Notes: generated by a model from the sequence alone, not told the origin. Positions 40,115 to 56,026 are shown, numbered from the stretch's first letter. The stretch is 64,000 nucleotides of DNA from Amoebidium appalachense (GCA_963693365.1 CAVNZM010000006.1:6923264-6987263), one strand, 5' to 3'. Translations and numbers: made by a program.

Positions 40115-43100
40115 CCCTACACCCACCTGTGGGCCTTCAGATAGAGTTTCTTTGCAGCTGCCGCCATTGGGTCCTCGAAGGCACTTGCCGTGACTATGGT
40201 GTTGCCGCCATCTGCCGACCCATACTCCACTGCCTCCTCCTGCTCCCGCCTCAAAATACCTGTCCCATCCATCAGCACATGCTGCCTGCTTGCCCCCCCT
40301 CCCCTCCCCCCTCAACACCAACCCACCCACCCACACACACACACCCAAACACGCACCCACGCATATGCACGCAAGCACGCACACACACACACACACCCGG
40401 GATGATGCTCTGGGCCACGACCCTCCTGCCCTTGTAGTCGACCAGGCATGTCAACAGGGTGTGCAGTCCATCTATCTCCCCCTCCCTCATGGCCTGCAGC
40501 CCTCGCAGGTCTGCGGCTGCCGCCTTGTGCGCCGCTGTAGATCACCGTCAGATGGTGTGGGGTGGGGTGCAATGGGGGCTAGTGTGCGTTCCATGGGGGG
40601 CATAAGTGTTGGGTTTACACTGTTTACTCGAGCAAGAGACCAGTCTCAGGTATTAGGGGGTCTCAGGTGTGGGGGGGTCTCAGATATATGTGTGAGGGGG
40701 GTATGTGTGAAGAGGGGGGATATCGGTGTGATAGGGGGGATATATGTGTGAAGAGGGGGGATATATCTGCGAAGAGGGGGGATATATGTGTGAGAGGGGG
40801 GATATATGTGCGAAGAGGGGGGATATATGTGTGAAGGGGGGGGATATATGTGTGAAGAGGGGGGATATGTGTGTGAAGAGGCGGGCTATGTGTGCCATTT
40901 GGGCTATGTGTGCATGCCATGTTGGCCAAACCCACCTGGGGTGCCCCCCAACTGCTTGTAGTAGTCCCTCCCATCCTCTGCGTGGCTGAAGAAGATGTTG
41001 TTGTGGATGAACATGTGGCAGGCAGATGGGTCCTGTGGGTTGATGGCACTGGCCCGCCCTGCACCAACAATCAGCCTCACGTAACCTCCCCTCGATCCCA
41101 CATCCCTCTCCCCCCCTCTCCCCTCTCCCCCTCCTCCCGCCCTCTCTTCAATCCCACCTCCACCCCCCTCTACTCCAAAACCCCCCCTTCCCCGGGCAAA
41201 GTAACGATAGTAACATTTAAGTGAGCCCCCTCCAGCCCTTCTAGCCCCTCCCTCCCCCTTCTCCCCCCCCGCCACGTACCATCGACCACGGCCATTGCGC
41301 CCTTTGTAGCCGCAGCCACAAACTCACTGTGGCAGCGGAACAGTGACCTGTCTCTCACCAACTGCATGCCCACCCAGTCAGCACCCCATGGCCCAATGTG
41401 CCCTCCCAGCCCAGCTGAAATGCATCCCCCCAAGGCCCTCAGGCACGCTCCTGTGCCCCCCCCCCCCCCCTCAAGCAGGACCACGCACCCGCTCAGCTAT
41501 GGTGGCCCTGGGCAGGGTGTGCAGCATCTGCCAGTCCTCATTCCAGTCCCTGCACGTGCACACACCTCAGCATCTCGACCCTCACCCCTTCTGCTGCTTT
41601 ACCTACCCCCCCCCCCCCCCCCCCCCCACACACCCGTCTTTCTTCCTCCCCGGCACACTAGACCCAGCACAAACCCCCCCCCCCCCCCCCCCCTGCCCGA
41701 CATCCCAGCCCCTCCCCCCCCCCCCCCCCCTCTCCCCCATTCCCCCCGGGGAGCACCAGACCCAGACCCCTCCACCGCTTCCCTCCCCTTCTGCGGCACA
41801 CCAGAACCCCCCCTCCCCCCCCCCCCCACACCTGCCCTTTACTCCCCCCCCCCCCCCCCCCACACCTGCCCTTTACACCCGACCTCACCCCCACCTGCCC
41901 GTTATACACCCAATCCCCCCCCCCCCTCCTCCCCCCCTCCCCCCCTGCCTTCTACACCCCCCCCTCCCCCCCACCTGCCCAGGCCCGGGATCTGCTCATC
42001 CATGTCCATATCTGGCCTCAGTGCCTGCTGGGCCCTGGCCATGCTGTAGCCGTGCACACCCTCCCGGCCCACCTGCACGTGGTGTCAGTGCCATCCTAGT
42101 CTAATGGTTAGCCCCAGGGGCGGGTGCCTACCCAGCTGGGGGTGGGGTAGGGCACAGGCAGGGTGTGGTAGGGGGACTCATCGAGGGCCCTGGCCTTGAT
42201 GCCCTCCCAGCCACGAAGAAACTGCCCGCTGACCTTGCACAGCAGCCCTGCACGTGCACATGTCAGCATGCATGCGGCACACATAATGACATGTGTTTGG
42301 AGGCATGCAGGCACACATAATGACATGCCCCCCCTGGCACATGTGTGTGCAGGCATGTCAGCCCCTGCCAGCCACACAGCCCTGTACCGGGCCTATTGCT
42401 GCCAAGGTGGGCATGGGAACTGCCACACCAGCAACCACATGCCAGCAGGCAGGGGGCAACCCCCCATACGATATGAGTCTATGCACAAAGCTATTGCCGA
42501 TCTGCCGCCATCTAGTGGAGACCTTGGCTTTGCCTATACTGAGAGTGGTGGGGAACCCTGACCTCTGCCGAATCCATGACATATACTGCCCCCCACATCC
42601 ACCTACAAACACGAGTCAACCGCTACCACACCCACACCCACATCCATAGTCTGTACACTTGTGCCCTGCCCTGGGCCCCGACCCACGTGGCCCACCCACC
42701 TGCCAGGGTGCTTGCTGCAGCCCCCTTGCCCCCCACCGTACCCTTCTCAGGTGCAAACCGTCCGGGTGTGCCTGCACCAGCAGCCGTCAGCAAGCCTCTC
42801 TTCCTGCCCTTGCCCCCCTCCCCCCCTCCCCCCCCCCCCCCCCCCCCGGAGCACGCACATGCATTGACGTAGAAGCCCCCCCCACATGCCGTCACACACA
42901 GGCTGCTGCCCTCGGCCGTCTCCACGTCCAGATAGAAGAAGTCCCCTGCACAAATGTCAGCACCAGCACCACACCCACACCCACACCCACACCCACACAC
43001 CACAGGTTGTACGCACCCAGCAGGCGCCTGTTTGGGGGTGGGGGGTTCCAGCCACTGTAGCACAGACTGCGCAGGCAAGGCGCTGGGGTGGCCTGGGGGT

Positions 43101-44589
43101 GCAGGGTTAAAAAGGCAGGCCTACAACGGGGCGGGGGGGGGGGGGGGGGGGGGGAGGGGGGGGGGACACGAAGTTAACTTTTACGACGGACAACACAATG
43201 CAGACTATGCACAGAACATACAGGGTATGCAAAATAAACAGAGCACAAGGGGGGGGAGAGAGAGGGGGCAAGGTATCCACAGTACCCGATACTCATCCCA
43301 TTTACCACGCATATGAACCCAGTTATACAAAGGGACGTTACAAGCAAGAGCATTGGGAAGGGCAGAGGGTTGAGGTTGCAGCAAGCAACAAGCAAGAAAA
43401 ACATGGGCAGACACTCAGGAGACAAAAGGGAGTTAGTGACCTGCGTGGAGGGTGGCAGCAGGTCAGGCAGGACAGGAGGCAGGGGCACGGCATAGTCGCT
43501 GGTGGCTGGCGGGTCCACTGCCCCGTCCTCGTGGGGCTCTGTGGCCCCAGTCAGCACACACAGCCCAGCCAGGCCCACTGGGGGCACACACAGAGACAGG
43601 CACCACACACAGCCCAAGTGTGCCCTGCAGTCCCTGGGCCCAGTGGCTGGCCCATAGGGCAGCTGCTGCTGAAGGGTGTCTCGGCCAGTCCATAGAAAAC
43701 AGACAGCTGGGATTTGTGTAGCAAGGGCTCCAGATCTACACATACCGACCAACCCCTCTTCTCCCCCCCCCCCCCCCTCCCTAGCCACTATCCAGCAATG
43801 CACATCTGACCCAGACCAGCCCACTGCTTCCTATGTGGCCTCAGAGGGAGAGGCTCACCCACCGGGGCCCAGGCAGGGCAGCACAGGCTCAGGGCACCAG
43901 GGGGTGCCCTTTGCAGGGGGGGTAAGCAGCTCCTGCAGGCGGGCCACGTGTGCACGGGCAGCCTTCTCCGTGTACTCCACTGCAGCCGGGGGATGAGAGC
44001 AAGGAGGGTGTCAGAGACTAGGCCCCAACAAGCAGGCAGGCACAGGCAGGGCACGCACACTCCCTCAGCACGAGGGTCGGGGTCTGGGCCAGGGCCGGCA
44101 CGGCCTGCAGGGGGGTCAGGTCCAGCAGGGGCTTGCCCTGGTGCAGCAGCGCAAAGTGCGTATGGTGGAAGGCTTCGGGCAGCTCGCCCAGGCACTGCCG
44201 CACGTCCTGCACGCAGTCCTGGGGGTGTGCCTGTGCCCGCAGTCAGCACCCTCCCGCGTCCCTAACCGCCTGCCCGCCCGCCACCCACGCACCAGCAGGG
44301 TCACATGGTTGCCCTGGGGCAGGTCCACCCGCAGGCTGAAGGCCGTCTGTGCCTCCCCTGCAACCCGCGTCAGCCCTCTCCACACCGCACACCCCCCACC
44401 CAGTGCAGGCACGCACCTTCGGCACTTGCGGGTGCTCCCTCCTCGCTGGCTGCGGGCACGGCCTGGGCCACTGCGGGGCACAGCCCTGGGTCAGTGCCTG
44501 CAGGCAGACAGGCAGGCAGGGAGAGGGAGGGTGGGGGTAAGCGGCATACCGTCAGCCTGCTGGGCTGCGTCGGTGGCTACGGGGGCCAT
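32882..44589 (-). CDS. CLU1: Clustered mitochondria protein (CLU1/CLUH/TIF31), many exons
   Basis: GDFFYLDVETAEG, AINPQDPSACHMFIHNNIFFS, DGLHTLLTCLVDYKGRRVVAQSIIPG, GLRGNDQRLYVLDLFRVAPVDANF, FHRAGVNMRYLG, TPR region ERTLGLDHPVT, C-terminus SITEILNFINS*. Confidence 0.93.
34556..35433. mobile_element. 878-bp non-autonomous DNA transposon with CAC termini (CMC/CACTA-EnSpm-like) in a CLU1 intron
   Basis: Perfect 14-bp TIR CACGGCGGCCATGT ... ACATGGCCGCCGTG, flanked by CA on both sides (possible 2-bp TSD). The AT-rich interior contrasts with host introns. A 29-bp subterminal tandem x4 lies at 34695-34810. No transposase ORF. Confidence 0.75.
36063..36170. repeat. 48-bp duplication covering the branch-point region just upstream of a CLU1 acceptor
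   Basis: ATAGTAAGCCAGGGCACACTATATTGTGGATGCATGCATGGCCCC x2. Confidence 0.85.
36780..37630. repeat. Three adjacent minisatellites in CLU1 introns (~22-bp, 16-bp x~20, ~14-bp)
   Basis: e.g. CCTACTGTGTGCATGG at 37030-37350 and TGTGTCCCCTGCA at 37420-37630. Confidence 0.85.
40690..40880. repeat. 21-bp tandem repeat (~9 copies), intronic
   Basis: GTGTGAAGAGGGGGGATATAT repeated. Confidence 0.9.
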
Positions 44590-46779
44590 GGCTGGGCAGT
44601 GTGCGGTGTTGCGTGTTGGGGTGGTGTTGGTGGTGTGGGTGTGGGTGGTCCTGGGGGTTGGTGTGTGGCAGTGACAAGCGACAACAAAGAGCTGGCCGCA
44701 TGCACGAGGCATGGCCAAGCCGCCCAGGCCGCACAAGCAGGTTAGCGCAAACACCGCAACCTACAAAGTCATGATTATTTGCCAATCACATGATTGCTTT
44801 TCTCGGGGGCTGGCTTGGCGGCCAGTCGGACCGACCTCCGCTGACGCCCCAACTTCCCAAGACGGGGGAGCTTCCCGCTACAGCTGGTTGCATAGCGGCT
44901 GGTACAGAAAGACTATTTATGCTTCCGCTAGTTGTCTTTTTTCCTGACATGTGCCAGCTACTGCCATTGCATGCAAAGGGAAGAAATGGCTTTCAATTTT
45001 TAATCATTATTGCAGGCACTGGCTGGCCCAAACGCAGCCAACCCACAATGCCAAAGCAGAAGCTCATTTCGCCGGCCATTGCGGCGGCTCACCACAGGCT
45101 CGCCAGGCACCAAGCCACACTGTTCGGGAGCCCAGTGCCAGCAGCAGTCTGACAGGGCGCCTCAGCTAACTGCGGTCAGTGCCGATGTACATAGTGTAGC
45201 AGTACAAGAACGTAGCTACATGTGGACAAACTTGGAGCATGCAGCTTTATGAATATTATACGCGGAGAATACAATTAGAACTCATACCCAATCGATTCCC
45301 CACCCCTCCCCCCTACATATGGTCTTAGTTTGCTTGCACCTACAGCTGCTACCGCTGTCGTACGTGAACGTTTCCTTGTGGCCCTCAACTTTTATGAGCC
45401 AGCTGAACCTGTACATACCGGCAAGGCTGCTTCACCCCGCTATTTGAGTGTCTGCAAGATTAGCACTACCACCACACTGTTGGAAAGCCTCTTCAATTAA
45501 CTGCTTTGCGCTATCTTCTCAGAATTAATCTAAAAGTTGTCTCATGACATACAAGCCCACCGTCTTCACTTGCAACTATTGATCTTGCGCGTGTGTGCAC
45601 TGTGTTAGATATTCCGCCTCATTAATATTGCAGGCAGGTATGGATAGAAAGGTACATCCCCAGTATACCGTTTGATTCCACTTTAGCAAAGTGTTTACGA
45701 ATATGCAGGCCCAGCTTCTTCACGTGCACAGTGGATGTCTTTTTGTGATCGACTCCGTGCTGGGGTGCTGCTTGACCACACGTGTACGCCATACTGAGAA
45801 ATTTTTTGCCATGCAGTGCATATACCAGCACGAGCAAGGGAAAAAACGGAGTGCTTATGTGTTACAGGCATGGGAGAAAGAGAGGCTTATGCTTGTGTAG
45901 AGTGATGGGGAACGCTTGCTATGCTTGTTCTATGCATCCGAAAGCCGAGATGATAACAGTGCCCTATCAAACTATGAAAGATGACAGACTAAGTGACCAT
46001 TCTGCCCGGGGTACGCTACAAATATGGTGTTATGTGATGGGGTTAAAGGGGCAGGTGCGTCTCATGCATGGCCATGGGAACTGAATATGTCCATCTTTAG
46101 CGGCTACACGAACACCAAATTAGGACAACTTTGTATAGCCCAACTCCTGCAGTTGGCGAGCAAACGTGATTCCACTTAGAAGTTCCAAAGGCTTATAGTT
46201 GCAGCCTCTCAGCTAGAATTACTTCACAAGGTACCCGAACTGCAATAGGCCGACTGCTGGAGCTCTGCTGATCATGACGGCTGGTTGACTAAACCTTGCC
46301 CGCCCCTAAAGCTGATCAACCTCTTTGGTCCATGTCGTGTGCCACATATCTCGAGAGACGTTTTACTTCCTCGTGTGTGTGCTAAAAGGCACATGCATCA
46401 GGCCCTGTGACTCTACATACGAGGTGTCTCTGTTTTTGCACGACTTCCACGTCGAGTTGTCTACTCGTCACGAGCTGGTCGCCAGGGCACGGTAACGTGA
46501 TAATTGCACGCACCCAGAGCGGCCACGCATCATGATCCTGGACCAGCTCCGACTGGCCCGTGCCTGCCCTATCCTTGGACCACGAAACGACGTCACGGTG
46601 GCTGTAAGATAGCGCAACATAGCCAAGGAATATCATCACCGCTGTAAGTGCATATGAAAACAAGGAATTTTAAATAGTATACTTACAGTTTTTTAGATTT
46701 AGTTTGTTGCGCTTGACTTCTATACTAAACAGAATCCCCCACAGCTGTTTCTGATGCAAGCGCACATCAACGCAGGTTC

Positions 46780-46925
46780 TGGTTCCAATCAGCTGTGGCT
46801 CCATGATTGGATACATATCACACACTCTAATCCACGGTTTGCATATAAGCGATCCCATTGGCTCTGGCCGTTGTTTTTGGTGTCCGGCCGCGCTGATTGG
46901 TCAGCAGCGCACAGCCAATATGGCA
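46780..46925. promoter_or_regulatory. Multi-CCAAT promoter of RhoA; probable 5'UTR intron 47011-48028
   Basis: Five CCAAT/ATTGG boxes within 140 bp, then a GTGAGT donor at 47011 and a TTGACTACAG acceptor just before the ATG. Confidence 0.6.
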
Positions 46926-47814
46926 ACAGGGCAGGCATACAAAGAACACCCACCCCCCAAAACCGCTCAGTAGTTTCCCCGCCTGTGTGCCTGCTACAGC
47001 TTCTTTTTTGGTGAGTTTTCCTTTAGCTGGGCACCCTTACGTATGCGTCCGTCTGTGCTCCTTCGTGCAATTACGCCGATGTAAGTTTTGGCTGCATAGT
47101 TCTAACCTGGAGCCTGTTGGGTGTACGTGCTGCTAGTACTAGTTGTAACTCCCTGTGATATTTGCCTATGTTGAGAAGGAATCTCGAACCGCTTGCTGCC
47201 TATACTTCATCGTTTTGCCTACTCTGGCTACTGAGAACATACAAAGGAATTTTGTTACTTAACTTTGTTCTGCTCGTAAATGTTTCCAGGAATGTCCCTG
47301 GGATCTAAAGCGGTTTTTAAGACAGAAAATAAGTAGAAGCCTTGGTGTTGCTTGCGTAGATACAAGTTCACACACAGCTGCTGTTTAGCAAACACTCCCG
47401 CGCATACGTGTTTGCTTCTTGCACACACTGCGCCCTCACACGCCATATAAAAAAACACGCTATGCTCAAAATTTGGCTTTTAGGTGAAGCCACCTCCAAT
47501 CAGTAATCTACAGGCACCCACACTTGAACACCCATATTCACCCAGACACACAAACACCTTTCTACAGACTTGCACTGGTAGAGAGACTTGCACAGCTTGT
47601 TCGACGCATACACACACGCGCGAGAAATAACTCGAGGAACACATGTACCATTTTTGCTTAAAGACACTTGCAGCTGCTGTTGTTCACCTAAACGCCAGAC
47701 ACAAGATTCACACCGACGCACATTCTCTGTTCCTACAAAGTGGCTCCTCTATTTCTCTCTATTTAAAGACACTGATAGGCTCATGGGTGTTTCCGGAGTC
47801 ATCACAACTTGTAG

Positions 47815-49157
<1,343 letters not shown>

Positions 49158-49596
49158 GTTGTGTGTGTGCGCCGGAGCATTAGTCACCCTTTCGAATGGA
49201 TATACTCAGTCTCTATGTTTATGAACTAATACCGAATACGTCCTGAAATAGTGCATACATACAAGCAAACAGACCTGCTTAGTTGTCGATTTGTCCCTTA
49301 GTAGTAATAAAGACTTTCCGAACTTTCATCCCTGACCTGGAGTCAAGGGCTTCTTCCACGACACATGCCTCAGCTCAAGGACTCTCCTTTCATCTCTCCC
49401 TGCCCTCCCCCTTCCCCGCCCCTGAAGATCGTTGTTCAATATTTTCTCTTTTCTCCCTTCTCATTTAGAACGGCTCCTTGATACGAATTGCCTGGCAGCT
49501 CACAAGTCTGTCCCGTCCTCTAATTAACATCCCCTCCCCTCTCCCCCCAACGACCACCACTATCACCTTTCCCTTCTGGTCCCTCCCCGAGCCTCT

Positions 49597-49637
<41 letters not shown>

Positions 49638-50559
49638 TTCCGAACCACTACACAATTTTTAGGGTTTTAAGTTTTCCTGTTTCTTTCTGGTCGATGGCCT
49701 ATATTCCTTCTGTATGCCTTTGCGTGCTTGTATATATGTGTTTTGTGGGGTTGCACACAACTTTCCCCACACTACAGTCTCACAACACACACTCCAACAC
49801 ATCCGTCTTCTTGTGGCCGCCTGCTCAACCTGCACATGCATCGATAGACACTAGGCACATGCATGCACACACGGCCCTGTTGGCCCCTGCTCGCATGCTA
49901 CCCATATGGCATGTCACCAACCGGGGCGGCATACCTCAGACAGCCGTTTAGTCTTCTCTAAAGTCAAAACCATGGGTGATGCCAGATATCCGACTGCCCT
50001 TCGGGACCAAATCTACAAATAGCTTGCACTCGAAGATATCGATGCTCTGCCTGTGAGTGGTTACTGCCCTGTAATAGGGCTGAGATTACTTAGTTCCACT
50101 CTTAAGAGCGCATTCTAAATCTGTGCTTTTGGGTTCTATTTATAAAATTTGTACTATCACATATGATGGGCAGGAACTTACCGATATGGGTAGCAACGGG
50201 GGGCCTTCCCAAAAGCCCCGTTTCAGAGTCCCCACCACATGTTTGTTGTTCCTTCCTGCTACAACCTGGCCTTCCCACCGTCTTTGCTTGTGACGTCTGC
50301 TGGCTGACTTGGTCGTACTTGTGTCTGATCCAGACGGGGGAATTACCCATATAGCCATGTTGGAGTCAAGCAGTGCCTAAGGTGTGGTTTACACGGTCCA
50401 TTTTTGGGAGACGGTGGGAGCACAGCCCCTCGTGTGCATGTGTGGCTTACTGCGTTTTCCAGCAAGGCCACACACTAGACGAGGGGCGTCGCAGGCACCC
50501 CAAGCTATATATACAAAGTGGATTTCGCATACCAGGTGACTGAGTCGAACCAACCCTTC

Positions 50560-50607
<48 letters not shown>

Positions 50608-51253
50608 GGGCAAACAGTGATATCAGTACCAGTGATCTATCGGTACAAGCACCCTGCACACACACATGGGGGTCCGCATGGATGACAGCAATGCCATGCC
50701 CACTCCACTAGACACAGGCTTTGGGTGTTGCCTTTTACTTTTGGTGGGTGGCGGGTCAAGGTCTGCCTGTGCATGCACGTCCCGTCAGTGGCTGGCTGGC
50801 CAGCATGCTCCAGGCACACTGCCGTGTCATGGCAGGCAGGAGGTAGCCACACTGCATGGCTGATGGTCCTGGCACCAAGCACGGCACACAGCCCTCATAT
50901 GATGCTTTATTGCCGCCATATGTACATATACTCATTTGGCCTTCATATATTGCTTTATTGCCGCCACATAGACTCATTCGTGCATGCCCCGTCTGCCCCC
51001 CCAAGTGCCTGTGCCTGCCTGCAGCCTGCCACCATAGCCAGCCAATGGCTGTGGCTGTACACGTCTCTAGTTGGCCATTCGCAGTGCTAGTGTTGCAGCA
51101 TACGAGCTATCTCCCCATTCTCCCCACTACAGCAGTAATACAAGGTGCCAACTGATTCATGTCCTCTATGCCCCTTGCATATCGGCCATGCACCGCAGCT
51201 ATTCAACCTGGCCCAGGCTATTTTTAGCCACCGGCCATGCTCTGTAGCTATTC

Positions 51254-53984
51254 TTAGACGTCCTCGATGTCGTCATCCTCCAGCCATGCAGGGCCCTGCC
51301 TCTGGCCCTGCACTAGGCCCACTGTTGCTGCTGGCTGCACCTGTTGCTGTTGCTGTGTGTCGTCATCACCTGGGGCATCTGTCTCCCCCAGCACCTGCCC
51401 TCTCCTGTCTGCCCGGTAGTGGCCCAGTGACCTCAGTAGCATGCCCAGCCCTGTGGCCCCAATCAGCCCCAAAACCATACAGCCCCAGCCTGGCCCTGAC
51501 CCACCCTGCCCCAAACCCGGGCCCGTCCTCACACCCTGCCTCCTCCCCAACTCCCCACACCTTTCTCCACCCTCAAAGGCTCTACGGGACCCCCCCCCCC
51601 CCCCCCCCCCCCCCCAAAAAAAAGGCATGGCCTATCCAGACACCATGCCCCAGTAGGACCAATATGCACGCACCGTCACTGCGTGGGCCCTGGCCCATTG
51701 CGGCCATGCAAGGCAGCGTAAGCACAAAGGCCTCGTCAGGCCGCAGCAGCACCTCTGCACGTGCACACGGTCAGTGGCCACACATATACGTGCAGCGACC
51801 TGCACATACACCCCACACCACATGCCTCTCACCAACACCCTTGCTGGCCAACCAAACCAATCCCGACCTTCAACCTCTCACACACCTGCCTGCTGCATGG
51901 TCCCCTGCCTCAAGGCCACTGCTCTTCTCAAGTCCTCCCCCAGGGCCAAAGTTCGCAGCCGCACATCTGGCCTGCCCCCACCGTCAGCCCCATCACATAC
52001 CCCCCCCCCCCCCCCCCCCCCCCCCCTCCCTCCTCCTCCTTCCCCCCTCCCACACACACACCATCGTGCACGCATCAGGCTCTGCCACCTGTGTCTGCCC
52101 TCACCCCCCCCTTGCTGTGGCGCACATTTGCAAAGGCAACCCCCCGCACGGCCACCAGTCCGGCCGTAGTCTCCAGCCCCCCCTGGCCTCGGTCCCACTG
52201 CAAAGGCATCTGAGTTGCTGTGTTGCTATTGGTTGCCATCAGGGCAACCACATAAGATGATTAGGAGTCAGGCATACCACTTCGATGATCACAGCTCAAT
52301 CAAGACGTTTTACTGCACACCAACAGTTTGATTGAGTACCGACTTTTACTCAGCAATTCTAGAAATGTAGTTGATGGTGTGTATGCACACATACATAGAC
52401 AAACACCCACCCAGCCACCCACCAACACACATATAAACACATATACGTGCAGCCATATCTGTATATGTGCCATAAACCCACACACACCATCATGTATACA
52501 TTTAGGCATGCAAGCGTGCATGCAAGGCAGGCACGAATGCATGGCATGACCCCATTGCAGGCAGGCCATACGATACATCCCACTGCCCGGCACGGAGTGT
52601 TGTGCCGTGATATGCAGCCAAGAGCTGTGACGTATTGTTATGCAGCCAATAGCTGTGATGTAATGTTATGCAGCCAATAGCTGTGATGCAAAATATGTAG
52701 CCAATAGCCGTGATGCAATGATATGCAGCCAATAGCAGTGATGCATTGATATGCAGCCAATAAGGACCCACCCTGGGGGCCAGCAGGTCTGCATCAGCCA
52801 ATGCATCAGCAGCCATGCATGCGTGGTCCAGGGTGTCCATAAAAGGAAGGTAGTTCTCAGCCAGCAGCAGCACAAACCGCTCGCTGCTGACGTGTGCCCG
52901 CTCAAGTACATCCTGCACACCCATCAGTGCATGGCCCCCAGCAAAGAGAGGAAGGAAACAAACCCACCCACCTCTGGATCAAACGCCAAGGGGCTGCGCA
53001 CCAGGTCTTTTCGAACCCCGTCGCACCAGGCCTCGTGTTCAAGTCCTGTGCACCCCATCTTAATATTCATGCCTCCCCCCCTCCCCCCCCCCCCCCCCCC
53101 CCAAAAAAAAAGGCCAGGGCCTTACGTTTGCAGTGCAACACCTTGCCCAGGGCGTGGAATATGAACAGAGATGTTTCCCGCCCTGCAACCCCCAGCACCC
53201 TGCCCACCCTGTCAGCACACACATCCCCTCTCCATGCCCCATGGGCCCAGCACCCACCGTTTCTCTTGGGGTGGTGAGTGCTGGCTGGCCTTTGCTGTGC
53301 GGGGTTTCTTCTTGGGGGGTTTGGCTGCCTGCCTGGGCCCTGCAGCCACTGTGAGTGCCCGTTAACCACTAGTTGGATGCAGGGCCCACAGTGCACGCAC
53401 CATCACCGGCCGCAGCAAACTGCAGTGCCAGCAGGGCATTTCTGATGTCGCCATTGGCTGCAGCCACCAGCTGGTCCAGGTCACTGCGGCCCAGTGAGAG
53501 GCCCTCGGCCTGGCCCACGGCACTGAGTACCCGCCGCATGTTGGTGGCTGCCACTGCATTGAACCTGCAGCCCACTCAGCAATGGCCAGCAACATGCACA
53601 AGGCAACCCCCCCCCCCCCCCCCCCCCCCCCCAAACACCACCACCACCGTGACCTCCACACCCCCCCACACAGACACAACACACGCACACACGCACGCAC
53701 AGACACACAGACACGCGCGCACAGACGCACACCCACGTACACACAAACACACGCACGCACACACACACACACACACACAGAGACACACGCACACTCACCA
53801 CGCACACCCATACACATAGACACACACACACACTTAATCTCATGCAGTAGGCCGGTATCCAGCAGGCTGGGGCCAAACAGGCGCCTGATGTCAGTGGCCT
53901 GTGTGTGGGACTGCGACACCACAAACACCAGTGGGCACCCCATCCCCCTGCAGGCCCCGGTCAGTCCTGTCTCCCCCCCCCCCC

Positions 53985-54016
<32 letters not shown>

Positions 54017-55615
54017 AGAGTACGCACCGCAGATAGTTGGCCACTGCCCCCTGGAATGTCTGCAGCAGGGGGCTGTTTGCGTCCAAATTAGGCAGGTCCT
54101 CCACAAGCAGCACCCGCCCCTATGCCACCCCCCCCCAGGGTGGGTGCCCTGCCCCCCCCTCCTTCCCCCCCCCCCCCCCCCCATGTGCCCTCCCCCCTGC
54201 CTTCCCCCCCCCCCCCCCCCCCGGGTGCCCCATACGTTTGCCTGGCCCATGGGGGCATAGCGGCCGGCCCTGTGCAGATAGTCCTCAAACCCGGCTAGGG
54301 CCGGCACGTAGCCCATTGTCTCCCTGCCCCCTGCCACCCAGTCAGCACCCAGGCAGTAGTGTGATCATGTGCCTGAAACGTTTTCTCTCTTTCTTTTTCT
54401 TGGTTTACATCGGGGGGGGGGGGAGAGAGAAGAGAGAGGGGAGGGGGAGGCAGGGGGGGAGGAGGGGGAGGGCGAGCAAGGTGGCGATAGTCAGCTCTGG
54501 TAACCAAACATAAGACATGCACAGGGGGCTGTACTCCATGGCCCCACAGGTCTGTCACATGCACCGATCAACACCCACCACCACACCATCAACTATGCTT
54601 CCTGCATCTCACATGCAATTGGCAAAAAACACGTTCTATAACCAGGGGGTCTAGTGAGCCCCTGCATAAGTGCAACTAACCGGCAAGTGCCTGGCCAATA
54701 GCAGCTAGGTATGCCGATATCTCGGCATTAAAAGTTGTCTGGCAATGACCCCATGTGTCAATCTGCCTCTCAAACGTTCTAGTTCCTTCTCACTCAGCCA
54801 CTGTGCCCCCCCCCCGAGCAAGCACGGCATTGGGCACGTACCGGGCATGTCCCACAGCTGCTGCATGCTGGCCCACGTGGCCTGGGGGGGGTTGACCCAC
54901 TCCCCCAGGTCCAGCCCCAGCTCAGCCGCCACACAGCGCAGGGCCGCCGTCTTGCCGGCACCAGGTGGCCCCGTCAGCACGGCCCCATGTGCCCGCCCCT
55001 GCAGCCTAGTCAGCTAATTGCCCCCCCCCCACCCACCCACCCAACGCCCCCCTACCCCCCCAACCCACCCCCCCCACCCCCCCACCCCCTCACCCCAAAC
55101 CCCCACCCACCCACCCCCCAACCGACCTGTGTGGTCAGGGCCTGCAGCAGCCATGCCCTCAGCTCCTGCACCTTGGCCTTGTGCACTGCTAGCTGCTCCT
55201 GTAAACCCAGTCAATGCACTATAGGGATGAATAGGTGGTCCACAGGGAGGAATATAAGCGCTGTAGGTGGGGGGGGTAACGGCCCGTAGACTTGTTAGTG
55301 GGTGGATGCACGCCAAGTTCGTGCATGTTTGTGACAGTGGTGCACATAGTTGTGTGTGTGTGTGGGCGGGTGTGCTTGTGTTTGCGGATGTGTGTTTGTG
55401 TGTGTGCCTGTGAGCACGTGCACACGTGCAAGCGTTCATATGTACAATTGTGTGTGTGTGTGTGCCTGACATGCCCGTGCGTGCTGGGTGGATGGGTGTG
55501 GCTGTATATATGTGTGATTGTGTCTGTATGGGTATGCGGTTGTGCACGGGCGTGTGCACGTTTGTGTGCTCATCAAGTGTGCGTGTTTGTTCGCGGGTGG
55601 GCGTGGATGCAGGAT

Positions 55616-55670
<55 letters not shown>

Positions 55671-56026
55671 TGCAACAAGCTGTGCGTGCTACACACGGTT
55701 GGGTGTGCATATGTATGCCTGTGTTTCTGTCTCCCTCTATCTCCCTCTCTCCCTCCCGCCTCCCCCCCACACTCTCCTCTCCCTCCATCTCTCTTTCTCT
55801 TCCTCTTCCCCCAATCCCCTCCCTCTCTGTACGTGTGTGTGCCAGTGCTTTTCAGTACCGTGTCCTTTGGGCCATACTTGTCGACCCACTGCAGAGTGAC
55901 CTGTGGCCTGCTTTGCTGCTGTGGCCTGAGGGCTGGGGGGGGGCTGGCCCAGCCCTCTATGTCCTCGTCTGAACTGGCCACCGCCCTTGCCCCCTTCTTG
56001 GCCCCGCGGCCCCCCACTTTGCCCAT
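51254..56026 (-). CDS. RAD17: Cell-cycle checkpoint clamp loader RAD17/Rad24
   Basis: [11 protein letters not shown]|[30 protein letters not shown]...[46 protein letters not shown], acidic end EDDDIEDV*. Confidence 0.93.
52610..52765. repeat. 28-bp tandem repeat (~6 copies) abutting a RAD17 donor
   Basis: ATGCAGCCAATAGCTGTGATGCAATGAT repeated. Confidence 0.85.

Noticed and set aside
42505-42518. CTCF-like motif CCGCCATCTAGTGG in a CLU1 intron
   Set aside because: Single occurrence, and CTCF is a bilaterian factor, so it is likely chance.
50185-50352. Short inverted match ATATGGGTA ... TACCCATAT suggesting a structured RNA or MITE
   Set aside because: Only 9 bp, with no TSD or extended pairing evident.
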